64,000 nucleotides of DNA from Deltaproteobacteria bacterium (GTDB lineage: Bacteria > Myxococcota > JACRCW01), in contig JACRCW010000042.1 in assembly GCA_016218805.1 (NCBI GenBank), forward strand, positions 1 to 64,000, in the 5' to 3' direction. Below the pieces are notes generated by a model that made no database searches, was not told where the DNA came from, and saw only the letters and a list, made by a program, of their open reading frames with translations. The position numbers and the translations under genes were made by a program. Within the stretch, counting starts at the first letter, position 1. Each line of letters opens with the position of its first letter. This document shows positions 8,439 through 18,200 of the stretch, piece by piece.

Positions 8439-10459
8439 TGGACGGCCGCGGCTGCATGGGCGAAGCGGCTCCGATCCTGAGCCACGTCGTAGGGCGGGGG
8501 CTTGTCCCCCGCCCGGTTCACCCGAACGCAAGCGCTCAGCACACCCGCCCCACCTCCGCCTGGTTGGCAACGTCGGGCCAACGACATGGCGAAGGAGTCA
8601 TTGCGACTGGAGGGCCGTGGAACTCATCGGGCGGGGGACAAGCCCCCGCCCTACAACGATCTCCGCTTCCAGCCCCACGACGAACTACGTTTCAAGCCCA
8701 ACAGCGAACCACGTTTCAAGCGCAGCTCCCGGCCCCGCGGGTTCACATCCGCCCTGGATGGCTCCCGGTCGCATCAGCAGCGTGCGTGGGGCTGCTGCTG
8801 GCCGCCTGCACGCAGAAGCCGCTCGCCCCGCTCTTCACCGTGGTGGACGTGGAGCCGGCCGCGCGCGTCATTGGGACGGACGCCTCCTTCACGGTGCGCT
8901 TTTCTGAAGACGTGGACGGCCTGGGCGTCAACGCGGACACCGTGGTGCTGGTGGCCACCGAGCGCGTCAACACCTCCTTCCTGAGCGACCTGAACAACCC
9001 CCCGCTCAGCCAGGACCGCCGCGCGGCAGCCGTGCCGCTGGAGCTTGCCGTCTCCGGCGCCAGCGTGACCGCCCGCCCGCTGGCCGCGCTCCCGCCCGGC
9101 ACCGCCCTGAGCCTGCTGGTGTCCATGAAGGTGACCGGTTCCAGCGGGTCCCCCCTGGTGGATGCCACCGGCAAGGAGGCCCACCACCGGGTGGACTACG
9201 CCACCCGCGGCCCGCAGCCCCGCGTGCTCACCACCAGCCTGCCCTCCGGCAACCCGCCGCTGGTGCCGCCCAACCTGCGCGCGTTCACCCTCACCGTGGA
9301 CCTGCCGGTGGAGAACGTCTCGCTCACGGACGTGACGGTCACCGGCCAGCAGGGCGCCCAGGACGTGGCCATTGAGTCCATTGAAGTGCTGCTGGACGGC
9401 GTCACGGTGGATGTCACGCTGCGGGACGGCACCTGCGCGCCGCTGTGCCCCAACGCGGTCTACCTGCTGTCCGCGGCGGGCGGCCTGCGCGGGCGGGATG
9501 GGCAGGCGCTGACGCCGTTCTCGCTGGAGTTCCGGGCGCTGGCGGACGGGGACCATGACGGGCCCGCGCTGGTCCGCCTCCCGGTGCTGCAGCCCGCGGA
9601 GGACCAGGTGGCCATGGCGCTGGTCACCCGCGAACCCGCCCGCGGCCGCCTCCGGGTGGGACCGCCGGGCGGGCCGTACGCGCAGCAGTTCGTGGTGTTC
9701 CCCGCGGGCGGCTGCACCGGCTTCCAGGCCGCGCGCGAATGCCCCTATTCCGTCGTCGCCACCGGGCTGGACCTGGGGCTCACCTGGCAGGGCAACACCT
9801 ACGGCGGCCGGCTGGAGCTGACGGATGACTTTGGCAACACGTCCCTCTACGGCGAATTCACCCTCACCACCGTCCTGCTGCCGCGCCTGAAGGTCACCGA
9901 GGTCTACAACAACCCCCCCGGCGGCCCCACGGAGGAGAAGGCGCTGGAGTTTGTGGAGGTGGCCAACACCTCGGAGGCCACCACGTATGACCTGGCCACC
10001 ATGAGCCTGGCGGCCCAGGACCCCGCCACCGGCGTCATCACGGCGGACATGGACCTGGTGGCGTACGCGGGGGGCTCATCCCTGCTGCCGCCGGGGGAGC
10101 GCGCCGTGCTGGGCGGCCGGCTGTTGGACCCCGGTGCGCTGGGCGTGTCCGCCGGCACGGTGGTCATGCTGGACGCGGACACCTCCCGGGAGACCTTCCT
10201 GCGCGGGCTTTCCTCCGGCGCGGACTCCCGGAAGGTGCTGGCCCTGTACGCGGGTGGCGTGGGGACCGGGGCGCCGCGGGTGAGCTTCTACAGCGCCCCG
10301 GTGGACCTGTACGCGCCCGGCTCCACCTTCCCGGAAGGGGTGAGCGCGGAGCGCCTGGACCTGGTCACGGCGGATGCAGATGCCGCCTGGTGTCATTCGC
10401 CCGGTGGCCCCACGCCCGGCCGGGCCAACTCCGTGGAGGGGCTGCCGGCCTGCCCCTGA
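8438..10459 (+). CDS. Lipoprotein with Ig-like (Big_5-type) domains and C-terminal lamin-tail domain; true start uncertain
   Basis: Lipobox LLAAC; FTVRFSEDVD Ig-like pattern; LTD signature KVTEVYNNP..EFVEVAN..YDL and terminal PTPGRAN; ATG overlaps the upstream stop (TGATG). Confidence 0.8.
   Translation: MDGRGCMGEAAPILSHVVGRGLVPRPVHPNASAQHTRPTSAWLATSGQRHGEGVIATGGPWNSSGGGQAPALQRSPLPAPRRTTFQAQQRTTFQAQLPAPRVHIRPGWLPVASAACVGLLLAACTQKPLAPLFTVVDVEPAARVIGTDASFTVRFSEDVDGLGVNADTVVLVATERVNTSFLSDLNNPPLSQDRRAAAVPLELAVSGASVTARPLAALPPGTALSLLVSMKVTGSSGSPLVDATGKEAHHRVDYATRGPQPRVLTTSLPSGNPPLVPPNLRAFTLTVDLPVENVSLTDVTVTGQQGAQDVAIESIEVLLDGVTVDVTLRDGTCAPLCPNAVYLLSAAGGLRGRDGQALTPFSLEFRALADGDHDGPALVRLPVLQPAEDQVAMALVTREPARGRLRVGPPGGPYAQQFVVFPAGGCTGFQAARECPYSVVATGLDLGLTWQGNTYGGRLELTDDFGNTSLYGEFTLTTVLLPRLKVTEVYNNPPGGPTEEKALEFVEVANTSEATTYDLATMSLAAQDPATGVITADMDLVAYAGGSSLLPPGERAVLGGRLLDPGALGVSAGTVVMLDADTSRETFLRGLSSGADSRKVLALYAGGVGTGAPRVSFYSAPVDLYAPGSTFPEGVSAERLDLVTADADAAWCHSPGGPTPGRANSVEGLPACP
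8489..8654. repeat. REP doublet (REPIN-like), GTAG family
   Basis: GTAGGGCGGGGGCTTGTCCCCCGCCCG at 8489-8515 and its exact reverse complement at 8628-8654; each unit has a GTAG foot plus a hairpin. Confidence 0.85.
8657..8728. repeat. Three imperfect 24-bp tandem repeats
   Basis: CGATCTCCGCTTCCAGCCCCACGA / CGAACTACGTTTCAAGCCCAACAG / CGAACCACGTTTCAAGCGCAGCTC; gives the RTTFQAQ duplication in the ORF. Confidence 0.7.
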
Positions 10460-10596
10460 ACGGCGGTCAAGGCTCCGCTCCAGCGGCCGGACCACCCCGC
10501 AAGTCTACATTCCATGCAAGGGCACCGGCCCCTTTACATCCGTCGCCAGCCGTTGGAATGAGCCCCCCCTTTTTCGGGAAGGAGGACTGACTCCGC

Positions 10597-12456
10597 GTGG
10601 CCTCAGGCTCTGGCGCAAGACACATCGGCCCCCTGCTGTGTTGGGGCGTGGTGTTCGCCGACATCGGGACCAGCGTCTACTACGTCCCGGGCATCCTGTG
10701 GGGAGATGTGGGCCGGCCGGCGGCGGCGTTTGTGGCCATCACCGGGCTGTGTTTCATCCTGCTGGCCCGCAAATACGTGGAGATCACCGGCCGCTACGTG
10801 GATGGCGGCGGGGTGGTGAGCGCGGCCACGGAGGCCTTTGGACCCATGGTGGGCGCCCTGGGCGGGATGCTCATCACGGTGGACTACTTCCTGACGTCCT
10901 CCATTTCGGCGGTCAGCGGGTTTGAATACGTCTCCTCCATGACGGACCTGGGCGGCGCCAAGATCTGGCTCACCGCCCTGGCCATGGTCCTGCTGGGCGT
11001 CCTCAACGTCATTGGCCTGCGCGAAAGCGCGTTCTTCTCCACCTTCATGGCCGTGGCGGCGCTCTTTGCCACGCTGCTGACCGCGGCCGGGGCCGCCTGG
11101 GAGGCCCGCCCGGAGGACTGGCAGCGCATCCTCAGTGACCTGGGCAGCGTGCGCGGGCTGCCCCCGCTCAAGCTGCTGGAGGGCTTTGCCGGCGCCTGGC
11201 TGGCCTTCAGCGGCCTGGAGTCCATGAGCCAGCTGTCCCCTGCCCTGCGCTCCCCCAAGAACGTGGTGGCCGCCCGGGCCATGATCTTGGTGACCCTCAC
11301 CATCCTGGCCACCAGCCCCATCCTGACGGCGTTCTCCGTGGCGCTGCTGGACACCGCCCACACCAACCCGGACCAGTTCATTGCCGCCCTGGGGCACCAC
11401 GCCGGCGGCCACCCCCTGCAGGCCCTGGTGGTGATCACCGCCTCCGCGCTGCTGCTGTTCGCCTCCAACACAGCCATCATCGGCTGCTACCACGTGTTTG
11501 TGGCGGTCACGCGCGAGCGCTTCCTCCCCGCCACGCTGGCACGCGTGGGGCAGAAGTTTGGCACGCCGCACAACGCCATTGCGCTGGCCGTGGTGGTGCC
11601 GGTGACCATTGTCTTTGCCACGCAGGGGTCACTGACGCTGCTGGGGCACCTGTACGCGTTTGGGCTGCTGGGAGCCTTCACGCTGTCCAGCCTGTCCATG
11701 GACGTGGTGGCCTGGCGCGAAAAGCGCCGCGGGTTCGGGTTTGCGCTGGGTCTGCTCACCACGGCGCTGGTGGGCGCGGCGTGGGGCGCCAACCTGTTCT
11801 TCAAGGTGCAGTCCACGGTGTTTGGCGTCACGCTGGTGGGGATGGGGATGGCGCTGGCCTTCACCGTCCGCAAGGGCTGGGTCCACGGCGAAGTGAACCT
11901 GGTGCCATTCCTCACCGCCGAAGGCGCGGAGAGCGCCGCGGAGAGCCACCCCACCATGCGCAAGATCCTGACGCTGCAGGAGGCGCAGGACCTGCTGGCG
12001 GTCTACCCCTCCGGCGTGCTGGTCCCGGTGCGCGGGTTCCGCCCGGCGCTGCTGGACGCGGCGGTGGAGCTGGCCCGCAAGCGCGCGGACCAGGCGGTGC
12101 ACCTGCTGTTTGTGGACGAAGTACCCGGCCTGTTCTACCCGCCCAAGGTGGGTCCCTCCGCCGAGGGCATCCGCACCATGGCGCGCTGCAGCCAGTACGT
12201 GGAGCAGAAGGGCGTGGCCGCCGTCCCCGTGTGGCGGCTGAGCCATGACGCGTCCGCCTCCATTGCGTCCGCCGCCCGCAAGCTGGAGACCAAGGTGGTC
12301 ATGGTGGGCGCGTCCGAACGCAACGCGCTGTGGACGGTCCTGCGCGGCAGCGTCATCCGCGGCCTGCTGGAGAAGCTGGACAAGTCCGTGGAGCTGGTTG
12401 TCGCCGACACCGGCGGAAAATCCGGCGGCGGGGGAGCCGTGGCGCTGCCCCGCTGA
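10597..12456 (+). CDS. APC-family permease with C-terminal universal stress protein (USP) domain
   Basis: About 12 TM helices; ADIGTSVYY, GGGVVS and FSGLESMSQ motifs; C-terminal USP-like VVMVGAS..LRGSVIRGLL; GGAGG RBS before GTG. Confidence 0.88.
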   Translation: MASGSGARHIGPLLCWGVVFADIGTSVYYVPGILWGDVGRPAAAFVAITGLCFILLARKYVEITGRYVDGGGVVSAATEAFGPMVGALGGMLITVDYFLTSSISAVSGFEYVSSMTDLGGAKIWLTALAMVLLGVLNVIGLRESAFFSTFMAVAALFATLLTAAGAAWEARPEDWQRILSDLGSVRGLPPLKLLEGFAGAWLAFSGLESMSQLSPALRSPKNVVAARAMILVTLTILATSPILTAFSVALLDTAHTNPDQFIAALGHHAGGHPLQALVVITASALLLFASNTAIIGCYHVFVAVTRERFLPATLARVGQKFGTPHNAIALAVVVPVTIVFATQGSLTLLGHLYAFGLLGAFTLSSLSMDVVAWREKRRGFGFALGLLTTALVGAAWGANLFFKVQSTVFGVTLVGMGMALAFTVRKGWVHGEVNLVPFLTAEGAESAAESHPTMRKILTLQEAQDLLAVYPSGVLVPVRGFRPALLDAAVELARKRADQAVHLLFVDEVPGLFYPPKVGPSAEGIRTMARCSQYVEQKGVAAVPVWRLSHDASASIASAARKLETKVVMVGASERNALWTVLRGSVIRGLLEKLDKSVELVVADTGGKSGGGGAVALPR

Positions 12457-12555
12457 GGGCCCGTCCACCTCTTGTCCGGCCCACCCCTTGTGTGCCACTT
12501 GCTGCGCCCCTACCAGACCGGGCGCACCGCCCGCGACGACAAGGAGAACCGCCCC

Positions 12556-13080
12556 ATGTCGGACACCGGCACCCCGCCACCACCCGCTGCGCCATCGGCC
12601 ATTCCACCGGGCATCAAGGTGGAGCTGGACATCCACGGGATTCTCAAGTGCCTCCCGCACCGGGCGCCCTTTGTCATGGTGGACAAGGTCACCGGCGTCC
12701 GGGACATGAAGCTGTACGGCTACAAGAACATCACGGCCAATGAGCCCTACTTCATGGGTCACTTCCCGGAATTCCCCGTGTTCCCAGGCGTCCTGCAGAT
12801 TGAAGCGGTGGGCCAGCTGGGCTGCATCTTTGCGCTGCAGGCCGCGGGCGTGAAGCTGGGGGACAACTCCAGCCAGGTGTTCATGCTGGGCGTGGACGCG
12901 GTGCGCTTCCGCCGCATGGTCATCCCGGGGGACAAGCTGGACCTGTGCGCGTGGCTCATCAAGCGCCGCGGCCCCGTGTGGAAGATGGGCGGCCTGGCCA
13001 GCGTGAACGGCGAGACGGCCTGCGAATGCGAGGTGCTCGCCTGGGTGGGGAAGAAGGACCAGACGCCCAAGATGGGCTGA
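12556..13080 (+). CDS. fabZ: 3-hydroxyacyl-ACP dehydratase FabZ
   Basis: LPHRAPFVMVD, KNITANEPYFMGHFP..PVFPGVLQIEA; AAGGAG RBS; precedes lpxA. Confidence 0.96.
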   Translation: MSDTGTPPPPAAPSAIPPGIKVELDIHGILKCLPHRAPFVMVDKVTGVRDMKLYGYKNITANEPYFMGHFPEFPVFPGVLQIEAVGQLGCIFALQAAGVKLGDNSSQVFMLGVDAVRFRRMVIPGDKLDLCAWLIKRRGPVWKMGGLASVNGETACECEVLAWVGKKDQTPKMG

Positions 13081-13104
13081 CCTGCAGCAACCGGAGCACG
13101 CGCC

Positions 13105-13887
13105 ATGACTGAACCGCTCATCCATCCCACCGCCATCGTCGACAAAGCCGCGCAGCTGCACGGGACCGTCCGCGTGGGCCCGTATGCCGTCATTGGCCCC
13201 TCTGTGGTGGCAGAAGAGGGCGTGGTGGTGGGCCCGCACGCCGTCATCACCGGCAGCACCACGCTGCGCAAGGGCGCCCGCATCTTCCAGTTTGCCTCCA
13301 TTGGGGATGTGCCGCAGGACCTCAAGTTCAAGGGCGAGGACACGCGCGTCTTCATTGGGGAGGACACGCAGATCCGGGAGTTTGTCTCCATCCACAAGGG
13401 CACGGTCACCGGGCGCAAGGAGACGCGCGTGGGCGCGCGCTGCATGGTGATGTCCAACGCGCACATCGCGCATGACTGCATTGTGGAGGATGACGTCATC
13501 ATTGCCGGCGGCACCATGCTGGCGGGGCACGTCACCATTGGCACGCAGGTGATCATCTCCGGCCTGGTGGGCATCCACCAGTTTGTCCGCGTGGGGCGCA
13601 ACGCGTTCCTGGCCGGCGGCGCCATCGTCGTGGAGGACGTGATGCCGTTCTGCTTTGCCCAGGGGGACCGCGCGCGCCTGCGCGGGCTCAACCTGGAGGG
13701 GCTCAAGCGGCGCGGCTACTCCAAGGAGCGCATTGAGTCCGTCAAGCGCGCCTACAAGATCCTGTTCCGGGAGAAGCGGACGCTGGAGGACGCGGTGGCC
13801 ACGCTGACCAAGGTGGCCACCACGGATGACGCGCGCGCCATGCTGGAGTTTGCCCGCCGGGACAAGCGTTCACTCATGCGGCCGTGA
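13105..13887 (+). CDS. lpxA: Acyl-ACP--UDP-N-acetylglucosamine O-acyltransferase LpxA
   Basis: IHPTAIVD hexapeptide repeats, PQDLKFKGE, IREFVSIHKGT, HIAHDC, GLNLEGLKRRG. Confidence 0.97.
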   Translation: MTEPLIHPTAIVDKAAQLHGTVRVGPYAVIGPSVVAEEGVVVGPHAVITGSTTLRKGARIFQFASIGDVPQDLKFKGEDTRVFIGEDTQIREFVSIHKGTVTGRKETRVGARCMVMSNAHIAHDCIVEDDVIIAGGTMLAGHVTIGTQVIISGLVGIHQFVRVGRNAFLAGGAIVVEDVMPFCFAQGDRARLRGLNLEGLKRRGYSKERIESVKRAYKILFREKRTLEDAVATLTKVATTDDARAMLEFARRDKRSLMRP

Positions 13888-13894
13888 GCGGGCC

Positions 13895-15175
13895 ATGACC
13901 CGCACGCTGGACGAAACGCTCACCGAAATCCGCCAGTCCAACCTCACCCGCATCCGCCTGGGCCACTGTGACGTCCGCGGTGGCCTGCGCGTGGCCCTGG
14001 TGGCGCCGGACCTGTTCCGCCAGGTGGCGCAGCACGGCGCGGACGCGCTCCCGGGTGAACCGGCCGCCACCGCGGGTGACCGCCTCCACGTGGACCTGGC
14101 TACCTTCACCCGCGTGCCGGGCGAGCCGGGCACCGCGCTGGCCCTGTGCTGGCGCCGCGCCGCGGACGGGACCGGGCACCCCGGGTGTCCCCGCTCCACG
14201 CTGGCGCGCGTGGCCGGCCGCGCGCGTGAGGCCGGCTTCCTCCCCGTGCTGGCCACCGGCCTGGCTTTCCACGTCTTCCGGCTCCCCCTGGCGGAGGCCC
14301 GGGCCCGCCGCTGGCGTGACCTCCCGCCGCTGCACGGCGGCGGCGCCGCGGGCGCCTGGAGCGCCGCCGGTGAGGCGGAGACCTTTCTGCACGCCCTGCA
14401 CGAATCCGCCCGCGGCCTGGGCCTCCCGGTGGATTCGCTGGCCACCGGTGCGGCACCGGGCCGCCTGGAGGCCGCCCTGCGCCCCCAGCCGGTCCTGGAA
14501 GCCGCGGACCAGGCGCTGCTGTTCAAGGCCACCGTGCATGACGTGGCCGCGCGCCTGGGGCTGTGCGCCACGTTCATGGCCCGGCCGTCCACCGCCCTGC
14601 CCCGCGCGCACGCGCAACTGAACCTGGCGCTGTGGGACCTGTCCCAGACGGAGAACCTGTTCATGGGCCCGGGCAGCCGCCCCACGCCGCTGGCGGACGC
14701 CTTTGCCGCCGGGATTGCGGACTACCTGGGCGCCGCGGCGGCCTTCCTGCTGCCCACGTCCAACAGCTACGGCTGGACCGCCGCGGAGCTGGACGGGGCC
14801 GCGGTGGACTTTGCACTGCCGGCGCCCGGCGCGGCGGTGGGCGGGCACCACGGCGTGCGCGTGGCACCCGGGGCGTCTGACCTGGACCCCTACCTCGGCG
14901 CCGCCGCAGCGCTGGGGCTGGGACTGCACGGCGTGGAGCGCCGCTCGGAGGCCCCGCACGCCACCGCGCGGGACCACGCGTGGACGCGCCGCGCCATTGA
15001 CCTCCCCGCCACCTGGGATGAAGCGCTGGGCCGGCTGCGGCTGTCCCCCGTGGCGCGGCACGCGCTGGGCAACGCCACCGTGGAGGCCTACCTGGCCGCC
15101 TGCCGTGACGAGCTGGAGGCCCAGCGCCTGGAAGTCAGCGACGTGGAACTGGCACGCCTGTTTGACGCGGGGTGA
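13895..15175 (+). CDS. Glutamine synthetase-fold protein, catalytically degenerate
   Basis: GS-family landmarks CPRSTL, APGRLE, EAADQALLFKATVHDVA, ATFMARP, PTSNSY, DLDPYL, LPATWDEAL, ALG; metal and ATP ligands are substituted. Confidence 0.8.
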   Translation: MTRTLDETLTEIRQSNLTRIRLGHCDVRGGLRVALVAPDLFRQVAQHGADALPGEPAATAGDRLHVDLATFTRVPGEPGTALALCWRRAADGTGHPGCPRSTLARVAGRAREAGFLPVLATGLAFHVFRLPLAEARARRWRDLPPLHGGGAAGAWSAAGEAETFLHALHESARGLGLPVDSLATGAAPGRLEAALRPQPVLEAADQALLFKATVHDVAARLGLCATFMARPSTALPRAHAQLNLALWDLSQTENLFMGPGSRPTPLADAFAAGIADYLGAAAAFLLPTSNSYGWTAAELDGAAVDFALPAPGAAVGGHHGVRVAPGASDLDPYLGAAAALGLGLHGVERRSEAPHATARDHAWTRRAIDLPATWDEALGRLRLSPVARHALGNATVEAYLAACRDELEAQRLEVSDVELARLFDAG

Positions 15176-15176
15176 C

Positions 15177-15278
15177 CCGCCCGGGCGGCTCTGTGGGCCG
15201 CCCGGTGGGTGTCTTGTTGATTGTAGGAGGAAGGGGGATGCGGGGAGGCCGCCCGCCAACGGGCGACCTCCCCCCATC
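15177..15278. terminator. Two GC-rich hairpins between convergent genes, candidate bidirectional terminator
   Basis: CCGGGCGGC-N7-GCCGCCCGG near 15181-15205, and an imperfect stem GATG.GGGGAGG.CGCCCG...CGGGCG.CCTCCCC.CATC at 15237-15278. Confidence 0.45.
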
Positions 15279-15284
15279 ACTGCT

Positions 15285-18200
15285 TCAGGATGCCCGGCGA
15301 CGGCGGGCCACCAGCACCAGCAACGCCAGGCCGAGGAGGGCCGCAGGCGCGCGGGTCTCGGTGGCTTCGCAGCCGCAGCCGCCGCCACCCGGTTCCTCTT
15401 CGCCACCACCGCCGCCACCGCCGGAGCTGGGCGTCACCACGCCGCTGCTGGAGCCCGGCGTCACACCACCGGACGAACCCGCCGCGCCGCTGGACGCCAC
15501 GCCACCGGAGGACCCGGCCGCGCCGCTGGACGCCACGCCGCCGGACGAACCGGCCGCACCGCTGGAATCCGTGACGCCCGAGGACGCCACGCCACCGGAG
15601 GAACCGGCTGCACCGCTGGAATCCGTGACGCCCGAGGACGCCACGCCACCGGAGGACCCGGCCGCGCCGCTGGAGGCGGTGCCCCCGGACGACCCGCCGC
15701 CGCCACTGGAGGACGCCGCGCCGCCGGACGAGCCGGACGCGGTGCCGCCGCTGGAGCTGCTGGACGTGGAGTCGCAGGCATCGCCGATGTTGTTGCCATT
15801 GGCATCCTCCTGGCCCGCGTTGCTGACCAGGCGGCAGTTGTCGGCGCTGTCCAGCACACCGTCACCATCGCTGTCGTCATCCAGGAAGTCCGGCGTGCCA
15901 TCCGTGTCGGTGTCCACCGGCGCCGTGGCGGGGTCGGCATCACCGGCCTCCACGGAGTCGGCCACGGTGTCGCCGTCGCTGTCGTCGTCAATGTAGTCGG
16001 GCTTGCCGTCGTTGTCGGTGTCCACGGGCGCAGTCGCCAGGTCGGTATCGCCCGCTTCCTGGGCGTCCGTAATGGTGTCGCCGTCGGAATCCGTGTCCAG
16101 CGCGTCAATCGGGCCCGCGTTGTCCGTGTTGCGCGGGTTGGCCAGGTCACCCACTTCCTCGCCATCGCGGATGGTGTCGCCGTCGCTGTCGGGGTTGTTC
16201 GGGTCGGTCCCCAGGGTCGGTTCCAGGGCGTCCGGCACGCCGTCGGCGTCAGTATCCGTGGCCGTCACCGTGAGGGTGATGTCCCGGGTGGCCTGGGACG
16301 TGCCGTCGTCCGCCACCAGCGTGAGCGGCCAGGCGCGCGCCTCCGTCAACACCGGCGTCCAGGTGAACACGCCGGTGGTGCTGGAGAACGACGACGTCGT
16401 TGGGCGGCCCGTGACGCTGTAGCTGATGGACGGACCATCCACGTCCGTGGCTGCCACGGTGAAGGTGATGGGAGAACCCACCGCCACCGCCAGGTCCGCG
16501 GTGGGCGTGGGGGCCACCAGCACCGGCGTGTCATTCACCGGCGTCACGTCAATGGTCACCGTGGCCTGGTCAGTGGCTCCGGACGGGTCCGTCACGGAGA
16601 ACACCAAGCTGTCCGGCCCGGCGTATTCGGCGCTGGGCTGGTAGGTCAGGTTGGGCTCCGTCCCGCTGAGCGTGCCGTGCGTGGGCGCGGTGACCACCGC
16701 GTAGACCAGCACGTCACCGTCCACGTCCGTACCCGCCAGCGTGATGGCCTGCGTGGCGTCCTCCGCCAGCGTGACCGTGGCATCCACCGCCACGGGCGCG
16801 TCATTCACCGCGGTCACGGTGAGGTCCACCGTGACCGTGTTGGAGTCCACCGTCCCGTCATTGGCCGCGTAGGTGAACGAGTCCGCCCCGCTGTAGTCCT
16901 GCGACGGCTGGTAGGTGAACGACCCATCCGCCGCCAGCGTGAGCGTGCCGTGGGCCACGTCCGAGACGACGTGTGCCGTCAGCGCATCCAGGTCCGGGTC
17001 CAGGTCGTTGGCCAGCACGCCCAGCAGGGCGCTCACCGTCAGCAGCGTGTCCTCCGTGGCCGTGTAGGACTCGGTGGTCGCCACGGGCGCGTCGTTGATC
17101 GGGGTCACCGTCACCACAAACGTGTCCGAGCTGCGGGCCCCGTCCGGGTCCGTAGCGCTGACGGTGATGGTCACCGTGCCAAACGCATCCGCGCGCGGCT
17201 TCACCGTCAACGTGCGGTCCGCGCCCGTGCCGGCCAGCGTGAGATCCGCATCCAGCACCAGCGTGGTATCCCCGGACTCCGCTGTCACCGTGAGTTGGTC
17301 CGCCGCCGTCTCCAGGTCACCAATGGTGAACGTCAGGGCCTGGGACGTGGTGTCCTCGTCAATCGTGATGTCGGTGATGTCCGTGATCGTCGGCGCGTCA
17401 TTCACCGCGGTGACCGTCAGGGTGAAGGTCACCTGCGCGGTCAGGGCGCCATCAGAGACCGTCAGGGTGACCGTGCTGGTGCCGGACATGTTGGCCGCCG
17501 GGTGCAGGGTCAGCGTGCGGTCAAAGCCGGTGCCGCCAAACTCAATGCCGCTGTCCGGAAGCACCGCCTGGTCTGACGACACGCCGGTCAACACCAGCGT
17601 ATCCGCCGCCGTGTCCACGTCCAGCAGGGTCAACGTGATGGGGCCCAGCACCACGTCTTCGCTGGTGGTCTGGTCCGACACCGCCAGCAACGTGGGCGCA
17701 TCATTCACGGCCGCAATGACCACCTGGAAGGTGGTGGTGGCCGTGGCACCCAGTTCATCCGTGACGGTGAGCGTGATGGTCACCGTCCCGTTCTGGTTGG
17801 CCGCGGGCGTCACCAGGACGGTGCGGTTGGCGTCCGTCCCACCCAGCGCAATACCGCTGGTGGGCACCACCAGCGGGTCAGAGGAGTCCGCGGTCACCAC
17901 CAGGTTGGTCACCGGGGTCTCCGTGTCACCCACAGTGAACGTCAGCGCTGAGGTGGCGCCGTCCTCGTCAATGGCCTGGTCGGTCACCGCTGAGACAGAG
18001 GGCGAATCGTTCACGGAGGTCACGGTCAGGACAAACGTGTCCGTGCCCGTGCCGCCGTTGGCGTCCGCCACCGTCAGCGTGATGGTGGCCGTGCCGTTCT
18101 GGTTGGCCGCGGGAGTGACCGTCACCGTGCGGCTGGCTCCGCTGCCCCCAAGGGCGATGTTGCTGTCAGGAACCAGCGTGGTGTTGGAGGAGGAAGCCGT

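Noticed and set aside
10460..10596. c-di-AMP (ydaO) riboswitch upstream of the APC-USP transporter
   Set aside because: The leader is short and I could not find the conserved aptamer motifs; an Rfam scan would settle it
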